A stretch of DNA of 27,645 bases from a virus (lineage: Duplodnaviria; Caudoviricetes): the IMG/VR virus record IMGVR_UViG_3300009095_000059, positions 1 through 27,645 of that record, one strand, 5' to 3'. The notes beneath the pieces were generated by a model, which saw nothing but the letters and a program-made list of their open reading frames with translations, made no database searches and had not been told where the DNA came from. Both the position numbers and the translations under genes were made by a program. Shown in pieces: positions 17,800 to 27,055 of this stretch; position 1 is the first letter of the stretch, and every line of letters starts with the position of its first letter.

Positions 17800-18732
17800 A
17801 TGAGTAAGGTAATGAGTACAAACCTCGATGCGAACGAAACAATGTTTTTCGCTAGAGAATTAGAATATATCAAAGCTAGATCGTATGATGTGCAGTTCCC
17901 GAAGCTGAAGGCGTTAACTGGACTACTCCCTATTAGTTCTGAAGCAGGCGCAGGAGCTGAAGCAATTACTTTCACGCAATACGAACCTACAGGTTTAGCT
18001 AGAATCATCTCAAGCTATGCGGACGATCTACCTAGGGCAGATATTCGAGGAAAGCAGTTCACCAGCTTAGTGAAATCACTTGGTGTTAGCTATGGCTACT
18101 CTATGCAGGAAATTAGGGCAGCAATGTTCGCTAATAAATCTCTTCAACAGAGAGTTGCAAACGCTGCAAAACTAGCTCACGATCAAAAAATTAATAAATT
18201 GGCTTGGTTCGGCGATGCTAATTTTGACATCCAAGGGTTTCTCTATGCTCCGAACGTTCCTGCTGCACCAGTAGAAAACGATGGCGTAGGCAATACCACG
18301 GAATGGGTAAACAAAACGCCCGATCAAATTCTTAGAGATATGAATGCATTAGCGAACGGAATTGTATCGCTTACTAACGGCGTTGAGTCTCCAGATACTT
18401 TGATCCTGCCTATTGCTCAGTATACTTTGATTGCATCGACTCCTAGAAGCTCCACAAGCGATACTACTATCCTTGAGTATTTCTTGCAGAACAACCCATT
18501 CATTACAAACGTTGATTGGGTTTATGAGTTGACAGGAGCAGGCCCTAGCGGTGAGGACATCATGGTTGCATATCATAACAACCCCGATAAACTTACCCTT
18601 GAATTGCCTATGATGTTCACTCAATACGCACCACAAGAAAGAAACCTTCAAATGGTCGTAAATTGTGAATCTCGTTTTGGTGGAGTAATTATTTATTATC
18701 CTCTCTCAATCTCTATCGGGGAAGGTATCTAA
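17800..18732 (+). CDS. Major capsid protein (DUF2184, HK97 fold)
   Basis: 'FFARELEYI...YD','YADDLPRAD','YGYSMQEIRAA','W..KTPDQILRD','PDTLILP','RFGGVIIYYP'; GAGG RBS. Confidence 0.92.
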   Translation: MSKVMSTNLDANETMFFARELEYIKARSYDVQFPKLKALTGLLPISSEAGAGAEAITFTQYEPTGLARIISSYADDLPRADIRGKQFTSLVKSLGVSYGYSMQEIRAAMFANKSLQQRVANAAKLAHDQKINKLAWFGDANFDIQGFLYAPNVPAAPVENDGVGNTTEWVNKTPDQILRDMNALANGIVSLTNGVESPDTLILPIAQYTLIASTPRSSTSDTTILEYFLQNNPFITNVDWVYELTGAGPSGEDIMVAYHNNPDKLTLELPMMFTQYAPQERNLQMVVNCESRFGGVIIYYPLSISIGEGI

Positions 18733-19085
18733 TGGCTCTTGTTCGATACAACGGAAAAAACATTCTTTACTTTAACTTTACTAAAAAGTTTTTCCCTGGG
18801 ATCAACGAGGTTACGGAGAGCGAATTAGTCGCTCTCCAAAATCACCCCCTTTTCGTTAAACGCTTTGAATCTGGTGTTCTTGAGCTAATCAAGGAAGAAA
18901 AGAAAAAATCGCCCTCGATCAAGGAAAACATCAAATTGATTCAAGAGGTATACGATGTTGATCTTCTTAAAAAAATGATGGCTCATGAGACTAGAGCGCA
19001 AATTCTCGAAGCGATGAAAACACAAATTGATAAGCTGACACCAAAACCAAAAAAAGAGGATGAAGAATTCGATGGCGATATCTAA
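18732..19085 (+). CDS. Hypothetical head-associated protein
   Basis: TAATG-coupled to the MCP; 'PGINEV' motif and charged helical C-terminus. Confidence 0.7.
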   Translation: MALVRYNGKNILYFNFTKKFFPGINEVTESELVALQNHPLFVKRFESGVLELIKEEKKKSPSIKENIKLIQEVYDVDLLKKMMAHETRAQILEAMKTQIDKLTPKPKKEDEEFDGDI

Positions 19086-19473
19086 TCAGGATATTCTAAA
19101 CGCTCTTTATGCTATCGCTCCGCAATTCGCAAATCCTACAAGCGATCAATTGGCGGTCTACAATCAATTGATCGCCTTAATACGCTGTCAAGTGAATGAA
19201 AAAATTCTTTCTTGCTGTGGTGTACTTGCTTTTGCTTATCTTCTTGCTCACATGCTGACAATGAGAAACAACCCAAATTTAGGAATAGCTTCCAGCTTGT
19301 CAGAAGGAGAGCTTAGCATTTCAATGGCAGTCTCTACAGACTCGCAATTTTTAAATCTTACTCCATACGGAAAAGCTTACAAAGATTTAATAAATCGCAC
19401 TGTCATAGGCTCCACAGTAACAAATTTACCAAGTAATTTTGGAATTGCAAATTATGGCTCGTGCGGTTGCTGA
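19072..19473 (+). CDS. Head-tail adaptor (DUF4054-like)
   Basis: 'APQF...AYLLAHML...SS.SEGELSIS...L..TPYG..Y..L'; start is 19072 or 19060. Confidence 0.8.
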   Translation: MAISNQDILNALYAIAPQFANPTSDQLAVYNQLIALIRCQVNEKILSCCGVLAFAYLLAHMLTMRNNPNLGIASSLSEGELSISMAVSTDSQFLNLTPYGKAYKDLINRTVIGSTVTNLPSNFGIANYGSCGC

Positions 19474-19936
19474 TAAAGATAAAGGCTGGAAAGAGATTGA
19501 AAAGCAGATAGAAATTGCGAGTAAATCATTGGTAAAAGTAGGTTTTCAGCAAGGCGAAACAACGAAACTACAGAGAAAAGGCAACAGGACAAAAAAAAGT
19601 GGTTTCTCTATGCCAGATATCGCAGCGGTTAACGAATTCGGAAGCGCAAAAATTCCAGCTAGGCCATTCATGAGAACATCTTTTGACGAAAACAGAGATA
19701 AAATCACTTCTTTTGTTCAAAAAAACTATGATAAAATCTTAGAAGGAAAAATTACGACAAAACAAGCTCTAGGATTGATAGGGCTTGCAATGGTCGGATT
19801 GATCCAGAAAAAAATTAGAAGCATTGTTACTCCCCCTAACTCTCCAAGAACTATCGAGATAAAAAAATCATCTAAACCTTTGATAGATTTTGGCCAAATG
19901 ATTCAATCGGTTAGAGAAAAAGTGGTGATTCGTTGA
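19454..19936 (+). CDS. Neck / tail completion protein (HK97 gp10-like)
   Basis: 'VKVGF','IAAVNEFG..IPARPFMR','PPNSP.TI..K.SSKPLID.GQM..SV'; ATG 19454 preferred. Confidence 0.82.
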   Translation: MARAVADKDKGWKEIEKQIEIASKSLVKVGFQQGETTKLQRKGNRTKKSGFSMPDIAAVNEFGSAKIPARPFMRTSFDENRDKITSFVQKNYDKILEGKITTKQALGLIGLAMVGLIQKKIRSIVTPPNSPRTIEIKKSSKPLIDFGQMIQSVREKVVIR

Positions 19937-20037
19937 AAGACTTTTTGATCATTATGGTTGGCAATTTGTGCTGCACTCTCCTAGCATATCTAAAGGGCTA
20001 TCTCGATTGCAAAAAGGTGTACGATGACACCGTTTGA
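19933..20037 (+). CDS. Possible 34-aa hydrophobic microprotein
   Basis: TTG overlapping the upstream TGA; MKDFLIIMVGNLCCTLLAYLKGYLDCKKVYDDTV*; fills the only sizeable gap in the neck operon. Confidence 0.3.
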   Translation: MKDFLIIMVGNLCCTLLAYLKGYLDCKKVYDDTV

Positions 20038-20665
20038 AATATTCAGGTCGCCAATCACAATCTATAGAAACGTAAACGGATTTTTCGTTGATGGTCGATG
20101 GCAAGAAGGCTCTCAAGCCACACTATCAGCCGATTTAATTGCTGGAAACGTCGTTAATATTACATTCAACTCTGTAGCATTAGCACCTATCAACTTTTCA
20201 GTTTCTCACGCTGCAACCATGCAGTTAATCAAATCAGCTCTTGAAGCGCAGCCAAACGTTAAACGAGTCAACCTTTCAGGAACTAACGACAGAGTAATAA
20301 CAGTTATAGCGACGATAGGAAATAATGATTTCTTCAACTCTTTTACAGTAACAGGGGGAGCTTCTCAACCGACAATTACACTAGAAAGCTCACCGCAAAT
20401 CATATCTAGCACGGCAAGCATTCAACCGATAACAGGCAACGAGATGGGAACGATTCCTGAAGGCCGTGACGTGCTAGCAAAATACAAACTTTTTACCTCA
20501 ACTTTGATTAGAACCGTTTCAGATAAAAACCCCGATCAAGTTGAGATTTTTGGAGAGCGTTTTGAAGTCGTTCAGGTTATGCCGTGGCAAAACAACTCTA
20601 ATTTTGCGCTAGTGAATCACTACAAATATATTGCCGTGAAACTAGAACCACTAGGAGCTTACTAA
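20024..20665 (+). CDS. Head closure protein with the ~91-aa inserted domain
   Basis: 'G.FVDGRWQEG' [insert] 'ASIQP....E...IPEG.....KLFT....PD.V...GERFEV..V..W......HYKY' is a head-closure pattern split by the insert. Confidence 0.75.
   Translation: MTPFEIFRSPITIYRNVNGFFVDGRWQEGSQATLSADLIAGNVVNITFNSVALAPINFSVSHAATMQLIKSALEAQPNVKRVNLSGTNDRVITVIATIGNNDFFNSFTVTGGASQPTITLESSPQIISSTASIQPITGNEMGTIPEGRDVLAKYKLFTSTLIRTVSDKNPDQVEIFGERFEVVQVMPWQNNSNFALVNHYKYIAVKLEPLGAY
20111..20383 (+). repeat. Shared inserted domain, copy 2 (in the head closure protein)
   Basis: SQATLSADLIAGNVV...SHAATMQLIKSALEAQPNV...NDRVITVI...NSFTVTGGASQPTITL. Confidence 0.85.
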
Positions 20666-21204
20666 TGGCAATAGATTTTGAGGTAGTAAAAACAAATTTG
20701 TATGATTGGGCAGTCAGTAATTTACCTTCTAATGTTCCAGTGATATTTTACTACCAGAACGCCCCCCGTCCTTCTGTACCTTACGTTACTCTTTACCTCA
20801 CGCCTTTATCTCAAATCGGTAATGATTTTGTCCCTATGCCAACTAATCAAGCTGGGACGATAACACAGATAGGAGATAGAGAATTTACTCTACAGGTTCA
20901 GACTTATGGCGATGATTGCATAACTCGATTAGAAAATCTTAGATCGTCATTGCAAAAACAGAGTGTTTTAGATACTCTCCGAGAAAATGGAATCGCTTTT
21001 GTTCAACAATTATCAATTAACGATATCACAGAGTTAAACGCTTCACGTTTTGAAAATCGGGCTCAAATGGATTTACTTTTCAGGATCGGGCAAACTTATT
21101 CCGAGACTACAGGATCAATTGAAACGGTTGAAATCAACGAGAACTTTTCAAATGGTCAAACAATAGTTTATGATGATAAAATTACGATTAGTATAGCTCC
21201 CTAG
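20665..21204 (+). CDS. Tail terminator / neck protein
   Basis: 'VIFYYQNAPRP..PYVTL','G.REFTLQVQTYG','FE.RAQMDL.F'; immediately upstream of the sheath gene. Confidence 0.75.
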   Translation: MAIDFEVVKTNLYDWAVSNLPSNVPVIFYYQNAPRPSVPYVTLYLTPLSQIGNDFVPMPTNQAGTITQIGDREFTLQVQTYGDDCITRLENLRSSLQKQSVLDTLRENGIAFVQQLSINDITELNASRFENRAQMDLLFRIGQTYSETTGSIETVEINENFSNGQTIVYDDKITISIAP

Positions 21205-21213
21205 GAGGAAAAA

Positions 21214-23100
21214 ATGCCTTTAAGCGATATTGTCAACGTTACTATCACAAGAGAAACTCAAACGGTTTCAGAGGCTGGCTTTGGTACTCTGATGATTCTA
21301 GGGGTGCATAAACGTTTTAATGAGCGCATTAGATTTTACTCAGATATTGATGAAGTAGCGGAAGACTTCAATGCGACAGATAAAGAGTATATCGCAGCTC
21401 AAGATGTTTTTTCTCAATCTATCAGTCCGAACTTGATCGCTATCGGTAGACGCACAGCGAACAACGCAACAATTACCGTAGAATCGGCTCAGTCGCCTTT
21501 TGACTATACAGTCACAGTTAACGAAATAGAAGCCACCATCAATACAGCAACAACCGCCGAATGGTCTACAGTCGTTTTAGATGCTGACCTAGTTACTAGT
21601 AACCAAATTGATATTACAATTAACGGAACACCATTGACCCCAATTGTGTTTACCAGCTCTCACCTCGACACCATGAATTTAATTTGCGCAGCAATTGAGG
21701 GTGAACCAGGGATTTTATCATGTGTTCTTGATCCTGCTGATATTACTAACCGCACAATCATTTTGACAGGAGAATTAAATCAGGATGCGGTTGTAGATAG
21801 TTTCGTAGTAACTCTAGGAGCTTCTCAAGCGGTCGCCACGATTACTACAGTGGATCAAGAGGTGACTCCGATTATCATTGCTGATGCTCTAGTGACAGCA
21901 TTAAATAACGAATTGACGGATCAAACAACAACGGACAACGCAGATGGAACATTTACAATTTCGGCTGACGTGGCAGGAGAAGCATTTACCGTCGAGGTTG
22001 AAACAACGATAGTCAATCCGATTAAAGCTAGGGTTTCTATTACTCAAGCAAAACCACTTACTGAGTACATAGTTACGATCAACGGCATTCAGACAATCTA
22101 TACGAGCCCTATTGATGTTTTAAGCAATTCTCAGATAGCTAATGAGATTGTCGATTTGATTAACGACAATTCAAACTTGAATGTTTCAGCAACGGATAAT
22201 TTGGATGGATCTTTTGAGATTGAAAGCCTGACATCCTCGCCCTTTGTTCTTTTAGTCTCTGATTCGATCATGACAAAAGACTGGGGGCTGATCGTTGATC
22301 CTTTATCTCCTTCTGATTCCGTAGTTGACGACTTGAACGCTATAGTCGTAGAAAATAATGATTGGTATGCTTTGGCAGAGACAACGAGAACACAGGCAAC
22401 AGTTGAGGCCATAGCTGCATGGGTAGAAGCCAGAACTAAAATTTTCGGAACGGCATCATCCGATTTAAAAATTATTAATGACGCTCTAGGTGTTGATTTA
22501 ACTTCAGTAGCTGCAAAATTTAATATCGCTGGCTATGTTCGCTCTTTCGTCATGTATCATCAAAACGCATCCATTGATTTCCCTGAGTGCGCTTGGTTTG
22601 GAAGAGTGCTTCCACTGCTGCCGGGGTCAGAAACTTGGAAATTCAAAACACTAAATTCCATCGCTTACAGTGAGCTAACGACAACGCAAAGCGCAAACGC
22701 ACGAAACAAAAAAGCCAATACTTATGAATTCATCGGAGGAGTAGGTATCACAAGAGAAGGCACAATGGCTCAAGGCGAGTTTATTGACATTATCCGCGGT
22801 GTCGACTGGTTGACAGCTAGAATTCAAGAGCTAGTTTATTCTGCCTTGGTCAATGCAAATAAAGTGCCTTATACTGACGCAGGCATAACAATTATAGCTG
22901 GACAAGTAAAAAAAGCACTTCAACAAGGGATTGATTCCAATTTCCTGACCGATGATCCTTTTCCTGCTGTCACAGTGCCAAAAGCCTCTCAAGTACCATC
23001 GACAGATAAGGCAAACAGAATCTTAAAGAATGTTAATTTTACCGCCACGCTATCGGGGGCAATTCACGCCGTAGAAATTAATGGCGTGATTTCTGTTTAG
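21214..23100 (+). CDS. Contractile tail sheath protein (DUF3383) with expanded insertion domains
   Basis: '[17 protein letters not shown]','NNDWY','[11 protein letters not shown]','[13 protein letters not shown]','KVPYTDAGI','[12 protein letters not shown]'; AGGAGG RBS. Confidence 0.92.
   Translation: MPLSDIVNVTITRETQTVSEAGFGTLMILGVHKRFNERIRFYSDIDEVAEDFNATDKEYIAAQDVFSQSISPNLIAIGRRTANNATITVESAQSPFDYTVTVNEIEATINTATTAEWSTVVLDADLVTSNQIDITINGTPLTPIVFTSSHLDTMNLICAAIEGEPGILSCVLDPADITNRTIILTGELNQDAVVDSFVVTLGASQAVATITTVDQEVTPIIIADALVTALNNELTDQTTTDNADGTFTISADVAGEAFTVEVETTIVNPIKARVSITQAKPLTEYIVTINGIQTIYTSPIDVLSNSQIANEIVDLINDNSNLNVSATDNLDGSFEIESLTSSPFVLLVSDSIMTKDWGLIVDPLSPSDSVVDDLNAIVVENNDWYALAETTRTQATVEAIAAWVEARTKIFGTASSDLKIINDALGVDLTSVAAKFNIAGYVRSFVMYHQNASIDFPECAWFGRVLPLLPGSETWKFKTLNSIAYSELTTTQSANARNKKANTYEFIGGVGITREGTMAQGEFIDIIRGVDWLTARIQELVYSALVNANKVPYTDAGITIIAGQVKKALQQGIDSNFLTDDPFPAVTVPKASQVPSTDKANRILKNVNFTATLSGAIHAVEINGVISV
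21565..21846 (+). repeat. Shared inserted domain, copy 3 (in the tail sheath)
   Basis: [15 protein letters not shown]...[19 protein letters not shown]...[16 protein letters not shown]. Confidence 0.9.
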
Positions 23101-23129
23101 TGTAAAACAGGTTTACATAGAGGTTTTAA

Positions 23130-23564
23130 ATGGCACTCAGAACATACAATCCAGCATCCGTTATTATATCAATTGGGGGCGTGCCCATGAGCGGATTTGC
23201 TGATGGAACGTTTTTAATGATTGAAAGAGATGAAGACGCTTTTACGAAAGTGACAGGAGCGGACGGATACACCACGAGAGTTAAAAGTAATAATCGTTGC
23301 GGAAGCCTAACGCTAACTCTTAAACAGTCTAGCCCAAGTAATGATGTTTTAAGTGGATTCGCTAATCTCGACGAGCTATCAAACGCTGGAGTTGTCCCTA
23401 TCCTGATTAGAGATATCTCAGGAACATCTACCTATTTTTCAGCTACAGGCTGGATAAGGAAATATCCAAGCTCGGAATTTGCAAAAGAGCTTTCTAATCG
23501 AGAATGGATTTTAGATTTAGCAGATTTAGACGTGTTTGTCGGCAGCAATGGGGTTAATGCGTAA
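23130..23564 (+). CDS. Tail tube protein (DUF3277-like)
   Basis: 'TYNP..V....GG....GFADG.F......GADG......N..G..TLTLKQSSPSN..LS','REW'; follows the sheath gene. Confidence 0.88.
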   Translation: MALRTYNPASVIISIGGVPMSGFADGTFLMIERDEDAFTKVTGADGYTTRVKSNNRCGSLTLTLKQSSPSNDVLSGFANLDELSNAGVVPILIRDISGTSTYFSATGWIRKYPSSEFAKELSNREWILDLADLDVFVGSNGVNA

Positions 23565-23953
23565 TGATTGAGACAGAGCAAAAAGTTATTGGCGGAGCAG
23601 TCTATACAGCAACACAGCTACCAGCGCGTCAAGCGCTGAGATTAAAAACTAAAATTCTTAAAATGTTTGGGCAATCTTTATCAAAGATTTTTCAAACTCA
23701 TGATGAAAAAACGATTGAAGATAGCATTTTAGCAGCTCTTCCAACTTTCTTTTGCGATGTGGACGAGAGGCAATTTGAATCATTAGTTTTAGAACTTCTT
23801 CGAGGAGTTAGAAAAGACGGTGTAGAGCTAACAGAAAGCATAATCGACTTAGAATTTGCTGGAAAAATCTATGAGCTTTACGAAGTAATTTGGTTTGTCA
23901 TTGATCTAAACTATCGCACTTTTTGGAAAGGGGGCATTACTGGAAAGAGATAG
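23564..23953 (+). CDS. Tail assembly chaperone (G-like)
   Basis: Lies between tube and tape measure; ends 'D.EFAG...LY.V..FV...NY..F'. Confidence 0.8.
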   Translation: MIETEQKVIGGAVYTATQLPARQALRLKTKILKMFGQSLSKIFQTHDEKTIEDSILAALPTFFCDVDERQFESLVLELLRGVRKDGVELTESIIDLEFAGKIYELYEVIWFVIDLNYRTFWKGGITGKR

Positions 23954-24171
23954 AATTTCCAGCTAATGCAGATTCATTCGCCAGATATGAAAAAAACCTC
24001 TCTCCTGAGCTTGCAGAAGAGCTTATAATCTGGCGTTTAGTTACTGATAAAATCGCTTCTCTACATGAGCTAGAAAATGATTGGAGCTTTGACGACTTAC
24101 TCAGAGCTGAATCTTATCTTTCAATGCAATCGGACATCATGCGCTTAGAAACTAACAGGTCAAAAAAATGA
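23905..24171 (+). CDS. Tail assembly chaperone second frame (T-like), probably expressed by -1 frameshift
   Basis: The -1 frame is open 23905-24171 with no early ATG; 'IWRLV...ASLHELE..WS.DDL..A..YL' motif. Confidence 0.7.
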   Translation, partial: SKLSHFLERGHYWKEIEFPANADSFARYEKNLSPELAEELIIWRLVTDKIASLHELENDWSFDDLLRAESYLSMQSDIMRLETNRSKK

Positions 24172-25199
24172 TAGTCAGAGAGCTAACAACCGTTCTAAAA
24201 TTTGTGGTGGATAAAGTCGGAGTAAACGGCTTTAACAAGCAAGTTTTAGGCATCAAAAAAAATCTGGTTGGAACCGCTGATTTAGTCGTCGATTTTGTCA
24301 AAAACGTAGTAAGTGAATTTCGTAGCATTGGCGATTCGATCGCAAATATTGATGATTTATCAAGACGCTCTGGAGTTGCTTTTGAGAGTATTTTACAGCT
24401 TCAAGAGGCAGCGAAAGGCTTTAGGATACAACCAGAGCAATTCCAAGGCGCATTTTTAAGATTTTCAAAGCTTGTTGAGGATGCAAAAAACGGATTCGGC
24501 GAACTTCGATTAATTGCAGCTAATTTGAATTTAGAACTGTTTGACATCAACGGAAATTTCAAAGAAACAGACAAGCTCCTTTTCGATTTCATAGATGCAT
24601 TAAATCGCCATGAATCAGAAATTCAGCGAATCAGATTCTTAGATCAAATTTTCGGAGCTGATCAGGGAGCGCGTTTAGAGCGTTTTTTCAGGCAAGGATC
24701 AGAAGCGATAAGGAGTCAAGCGAGTGCATTTAAAGATTTATCAAAAGAGGCTGCAAACTCGAGGCAAGAATTTGAAAAATTTGAAAAAACGGTAGTTGAG
24801 TTTGAAACCGCTATAGATAGCTTGAAAAAAGAATTAGCAATTACTTTACTACCTCCAACAATCAATTTTTTCAAAACAACAAATAAAGTCATCAAAGATC
24901 TTAAAAGAGCTTCAAAAGAAGGGTTTATTAACGAAGAATCGTTTAAAAATTTAAAAAGCAAACTAAATGAGCCAGAAGTTAATATTAAAGAATTTGAAGA
25001 GTTTTTCGGAACCCAAAAAATAGTCAATAAGCCAATTCAACCTAATATTTCGATTAATAATGATATAAATATTGATGTTCCACAGGGAACAACTCAAGAG
25101 CAGATAAGCAAGATCGAGGATGCAATATCACAAGCTTTTACTGAGCAATCGCAAATTATGATTCGCCAGCTTATCACAAATAATCCCCAAATTGAGTGA
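24168..25199 (+). CDS. Short tape measure protein
   Basis: 'MIVREL.T.L.F.VD' start, helical core 'DDLSRRSGV..E..LQ.AA', tail 'INIDVPQGT'; follows the chaperones. Confidence 0.8.
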   Translation: MIVRELTTVLKFVVDKVGVNGFNKQVLGIKKNLVGTADLVVDFVKNVVSEFRSIGDSIANIDDLSRRSGVAFESILQLQEAAKGFRIQPEQFQGAFLRFSKLVEDAKNGFGELRLIAANLNLELFDINGNFKETDKLLFDFIDALNRHESEIQRIRFLDQIFGADQGARLERFFRQGSEAIRSQASAFKDLSKEAANSRQEFEKFEKTVVEFETAIDSLKKELAITLLPPTINFFKTTNKVIKDLKRASKEGFINEESFKNLKSKLNEPEVNIKEFEEFFGTQKIVNKPIQPNISINNDINIDVPQGTTQEQISKIEDAISQAFTEQSQIMIRQLITNNPQIE

Positions 25200-25207
25200 G
25201 GTTTTAG

Positions 25208-25852
25208 ATGGTTTTATCGCTCCTCTATGGGAAAAAATACAATCGCTCTAGAATCGACACGATTGAGTTAGACGCTACAATCACAGAGGAACATCGTTTT
25301 GTTGCAAGGGTGACTAATTTCCCTTTAGAGGATGGTCAATATATTTCTGATCACGTGATTAATGAGCCTGATTATGTTTCAATTTCTGGCGTAGTCTCAG
25401 ATACTCCGTTTAATTTTTTGTCGCAAGGAAACAGATCAATAGAGGCTTTCAATAATCTAATACAAATTCACAAAGAAAAAAGAATTATTACAATTGTTAC
25501 TGGAATTAAAGTTTATCAAAATATGATAATGACCGTGTTGGATGTGCCTAGAAGCATAAAAACTGGTCAGAGTCTTACTTTTAATCTTGAGTTTCAAAAG
25601 GTACTTCTCGACACATTCATAAGAAACACGATAGAAGCCGCTTCGCTTTTCGTATCGACTCAAGAAAACGTTCCTCGTGAAATTATTTCGTCTAACGACA
25701 ACATCCCCTTGCTTCAACTTGATCCACCTAATAGCTTGAGGGATCAGGCGCAAACAGGCGTTGACGCTGGAGTACAGAGCTTGCAGAATGTGCCAGAAAC
25801 GAATTTAAACCGTTATCAAGAGCAAGCTATATTTATCAACGGTGGATCATGA
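25208..25852 (+). CDS. Baseplate / tube-initiator (Dit-like) protein
   Basis: 'LDATITEEH....VTNFPLEDG..ISDHV..EP..V.I.G.VSDTP...IVTG..VY.NM'; follows the tape measure. Confidence 0.8.
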   Translation: MVLSLLYGKKYNRSRIDTIELDATITEEHRFVARVTNFPLEDGQYISDHVINEPDYVSISGVVSDTPFNFLSQGNRSIEAFNNLIQIHKEKRIITIVTGIKVYQNMIMTVLDVPRSIKTGQSLTFNLEFQKVLLDTFIRNTIEAASLFVSTQENVPREIISSNDNIPLLQLDPPNSLRDQAQTGVDAGVQSLQNVPETNLNRYQEQAIFINGGS

Positions 25853-26175
25853 GATTAATTCCTTTTAGAGAGCCTCCGCAGTGGCGAGAACAAATCCAAC
25901 TATCAGGCACAATCTACTTTTTGCGTTTTCGTTGGAACGCATTAAATGAATTTTGGTCGATGGATGTTTTGACTGCTGACGAGTCTCCAATTGTGCTTGG
26001 AGTTAAAATCGTTAATAATTGGAATTTGCTAGAGCAGTATTCAATGTTAGAAAAGCCACTTGGTGAGATACTCTGTCAAAGTGTCATAGGCAGCTTTGAG
26101 AAGCTTAAACGATATGATATGACGATAGCCTCTCAGTTAGTTTATTATGAAGAAAACGAATTAGAGCAGCTTTAA
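25849..26175 (+). CDS. Small baseplate (plug-like) protein
   Basis: 'IP......QIQLSG..Y.L...WN.....WSMD......IV.G..IV....LL.QY'; synteny. Confidence 0.75.
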   Translation: MRLIPFREPPQWREQIQLSGTIYFLRFRWNALNEFWSMDVLTADESPIVLGVKIVNNWNLLEQYSMLEKPLGEILCQSVIGSFEKLKRYDMTIASQLVYYEENELEQL

Positions 26176-26176
26176 A

Positions 26177-27055
26177 ATGCGATTTGGCAGAAACGCAAGA
26201 GTGAAAATCAGGATCGCTAACGGAAAAGGTAGTGGCTATAGAGAGACAATCGAAATTCAAGGTCTTAGAATTGCTTTTAATATAACCAAGTCGCAAAGTT
26301 ACTCTCTTAATACTCTTTCTCTTCAAATTTGGAATCTTGGACAAAGCAATAGAAATTTACTTAAGAAAATCGGTGATGAAATTACGTTAGAAGCATGGTA
26401 TGAGCTGGAAGGAGAGGAAAATAAACTCACCTTTATAGGAGACTCAACGAAAGTTTCTCATCAATTCGTACAGCCTGATATCATAACGTCAATTGAATGT
26501 TTAGACGGACAAAGATTTTTTCTTTTAAAGCTCATCAATGTGAGTTATACGGAAAAAATGCCGATCAGGGACATTATCAGAGACATTTGCACAAAGAATA
26601 ATGTTGATATAGCCTATTTTGCTCCAAGCGATAATATCATTTATCCAAGCGGTTTTTCACACAATCAAAGCCTAAAGCTAGCCATAGACATTTTAACAGA
26701 GGCTTTAGGATTGCAAGCAATTTTCACTAACGGAAGCCTCTATATTGTTCCGAAAAATCAAAGCATATCCAGAAATTCGTATATCGTTAATGTAAATAAT
26801 GCAATGGTTAATGTTCCTGAACGGTATGTTTTCAAATATCGAAACTTACTCACAGGAGTCCCTGAAATTGGTTTTAAAGTTAAAACTCTTTTGCGACCTG
26901 AAATACTGCCAGGAGATACAATTAGAGTTACTTCGCAAAAAGCAGATTTAAAAGGAAATTATTTTGTGGCAGTGGCAACGCACCAAGGCGACACTCACGG
27001 CGACCCTTGGGACTCAACATTCGAGGTATATTTAAAAAATGACCTCTCTAACTGA
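26177..27055 (+). CDS. Baseplate hub protein
   Basis: 'LRIAFNITK.....N...LQIWNL','L.FIGD','T.IECLDG','LLRPEI.PG..I.V.S.....G.Y.V....H.GDTHG..W'. Confidence 0.82.
   Translation: MRFGRNARVKIRIANGKGSGYRETIEIQGLRIAFNITKSQSYSLNTLSLQIWNLGQSNRNLLKKIGDEITLEAWYELEGEENKLTFIGDSTKVSHQFVQPDIITSIECLDGQRFFLLKLINVSYTEKMPIRDIIRDICTKNNVDIAYFAPSDNIIYPSGFSHNQSLKLAIDILTEALGLQAIFTNGSLYIVPKNQSISRNSYIVNVNNAMVNVPERYVFKYRNLLTGVPEIGFKVKTLLRPEILPGDTIRVTSQKADLKGNYFVAVATHQGDTHGDPWDSTFEVYLKNDLSN

Noticed and set aside
4834-21216. TAG stops followed by an in-frame next gene (4836/4843, 13546/13553, 21204/21214), suggesting TAG recoding or readthrough
   Set aside because: Conserved genes are full length under the standard code, other TAG stops are out of frame with the next gene, and TAGG doubles as the RBS, which explains the spacing.
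17176-21846. Shared inserted domain as an intein or transposable DNA element
   Set aside because: No intein terminal motifs (C-terminal His-Asn), no terminal inverted repeats or target duplications seen, and conservation is mainly at the protein level.
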